DNA of 64,000 nt, from assembly GCA_964035545.1 (NCBI GenBank), contig OZ037766.1:22060767-22124766 (forward strand), given 5' to 3'. This DNA comes from Bugula neritina (taxonomy: Eukaryota; Animalia; Bryozoa). Position 1 is the stretch's first letter. Each line of letters opens with the position of its first letter. Below are positions 62,115 to 64,000 of the stretch, piece after piece. A program made the translations under genes and the position numbers. The notes beneath the pieces are model-generated. The model did not search any database and was not told where the DNA came from. It saw nothing but the letters and a program-made list of their open reading frames with translations.

Positions 62115-63904
62115 TTATGTAACATTCAGCATTCTCAGACTTTTGTAAGCTGTGAAGGGCTTTTTACACTGGGATTGAGTTTCGAATATTTCAACTGCTT
62201 TTTTATAATATGCAATAGCTTTCTGTAGATGAAAAAAAGCACTTCCAAACCTCTGCTCCAATAAAATTTCATGAAATCTCCCAAAGCACTGCAGACCTAA
62301 GAGCTCATCGTTAGGAGTGTTAGCAAAAGATAGAGCTGTTTCAAATGTTGTGATGACATCATTCACCTGAAAACTGAGCATGCACTTTATTCTAGCGAGT
62401 TTTTGGCCATGAGATTTCCAGCCATTTCCTTTTTTTATTATTTGGTCTAAATGATCATAGACTACCTCCAAATCTCGCCGGAATTCTTCCAAAATGTAAT
62501 AATCATAAAACTCTTCCATTAGAAACATCTGTACTAAGTTCCATTGTTTGTAGCTTCTATCTACCAATAAAAAAAACATAAAATAAAACTCTTAGAACAA
62601 GGTTGTAATTTAAAATAGAAATTGTATCAATTTATTGCACTATCCTACTGGCTTTCATTATGGCAAAAAATGTTGACAAGTGTGCATAAAAACCCACATA
62701 AAACTTAAACAAGTCATCAGGCGTTGCACATTTGAAATGCAATAATATTTACCTTGTATTAAAAATGAGGCTGGCATAAATACATATATAAATATTTTAC
62801 ACTAACCTGGCAAGTACCCGTTTCTGTCACAAAAGTACTGATCAATCTGTTTCTTGTATCTTTGATAAATTTTTATTGCTGTCATGGAAAGGAGGGCTCT
62901 AGAAATTGTGCTTGAACACATGAAATACCAGTTGTCATTTGATGTCTGACAGGATTCACTCAATTCTCTAGCCTTTTGAAACCAGTGGCACTTTTTATCG
63001 ATCTTTGTTTGATATGCAGCCTCCAGACAAAGTTTTCCAATACGCATCACCAGCTTTTTATCATAATTGTACTTTACACGCCTTTCAATAGCAAAGTTTA
63101 AACATGATTCAATACTAGTGTCGAATGTATCACCAAAAATATGTGTGCATTTTCCCAACTTCTCAATTTCAACTAGGAGTATATCATTTGCCGTACTTTT
63201 TAGTTTAGAACTCTGCAGTTCAGCCAGCCAGATCAACATTTCACCTTGATATAAATCTACATCACCTTTTGCCAACACTTTTAAGTGCCGAGTTACACGC
63301 CTGATTGTTTCCTCAACATAATCCATTGGAATCGATCGTAAATTTGCATGTTTAAGAGTACGAACTAATATTTTGACATAAAAATAACTGCAGTATTCAT
63401 TCATTAGTACACCATCATCACACTTTTTGCAATCATCTAGACACTGTTCAAATATCTCAGAGCTGTGCTGTCTAGCTGCATCTGTCTGTAACGATTCCGA
63501 ATACCAGTATGCAAAATCAATTTTTGCAGTCAATTTCACTTTTCCATTTGTTTCAGATAAGCGTTCTAGCAGTTGTAAAGCGACTAATTCCGCTTCTTTA
63601 TAATCCGGAATTTGTATTTTAAGCAAGTAAACACCCATGTTGCACAGAGCATGAACCGAGAGTGGACTTGTATTTAAAGCCTGTCTTATAAGAGCTTCAG
63701 CTTGCTGCAGGTCCCCAACCATTAAGCATTTGGCAGCATCGTAGTTTACGTTTCTCACGTATCCTAGTTCACAGGGCACCCTATTCTTTTCTATCACTCC
63801 ATACATTTGCTGTAAGCGTTCATTAGTAAGTTGTATGTTGAATAAGCTATGCTCATACTTTGTGAATACATGGAGTAAATTCTGATCACATATCCACTTA
63901 TGAT
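62115..63904 (-). CDS. TPR-repeat protein, TTC22/IFIT-like; last two exons (gene starts right of window)
   Basis: Minus-strand exons 63904-62807 (after acceptor ttgtag; donor G|GTTAG) and 62560-62115. TPR-like helices: AEALIRQALNTSPLSVHALCNMGVYL, AKIDFAYWYS, HLQKAIAYYKKAVE. Family assignment is by resemblance only. Confidence 0.7.
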
Positions 63905-64000
63905 CTACAATAAATATAGCGCATGTACGATATATATATAGGCCTAATGTAAAAATTTAAGTTATATACTCTTGAAAGTAACTTTTTATAGCGACCACTA

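Overview
This is AT-rich, intron-rich animal genomic DNA, probably from an invertebrate; the taxon cannot be fixed from this window. Six genes lie head-to-tail on the + strand: the last exon of a UBASH3/Sts-type histidine phosphatase, an SLC16/MCT transporter (8 exons, 633 aa), kinesin-5 KIF11/Eg5 (20 exons, 1080 aa), SHQ1 (4 exons, 521 aa), a zeta-type 14-3-3 (5 exons, 249 aa) and EXD2 (11 exons). A TPR-repeat (TTC22/IFIT-like) gene enters convergently from the right edge. All complete gene models were assembled by hand with GT-AG junctions and consistent phases. Introns and promoter flanks hold many transposons whose ends and target-site duplications (TSDs) can be read directly: Sola2 plus a Sola2-type MITE, ISL2EU, two hATs, a MULE-type foldback MITE, two Harbinger MITEs, two LINE fragments, tRNA-derived SINEs and a Penelope-type hammerhead remnant. 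The most notable observations are: (1) one ~110-bp module occurs four times, always sub-terminal and pointing outward, inside three non-autonomous transposons with different termini and TSD lengths; (2) EXD2 has two diverged, intact, same-phase alternative last exons; (3) the ISL2EU element has its left end and most of its THAP domain replaced by an inverted copy of its right end; (4) TACTA/TAGTA 3-periodic tracts mark the promoter and first intron of each housekeeping or cell-cycle gene, host many transposon insertions, and include a 333-bp palindrome with a 1-nt spacer.
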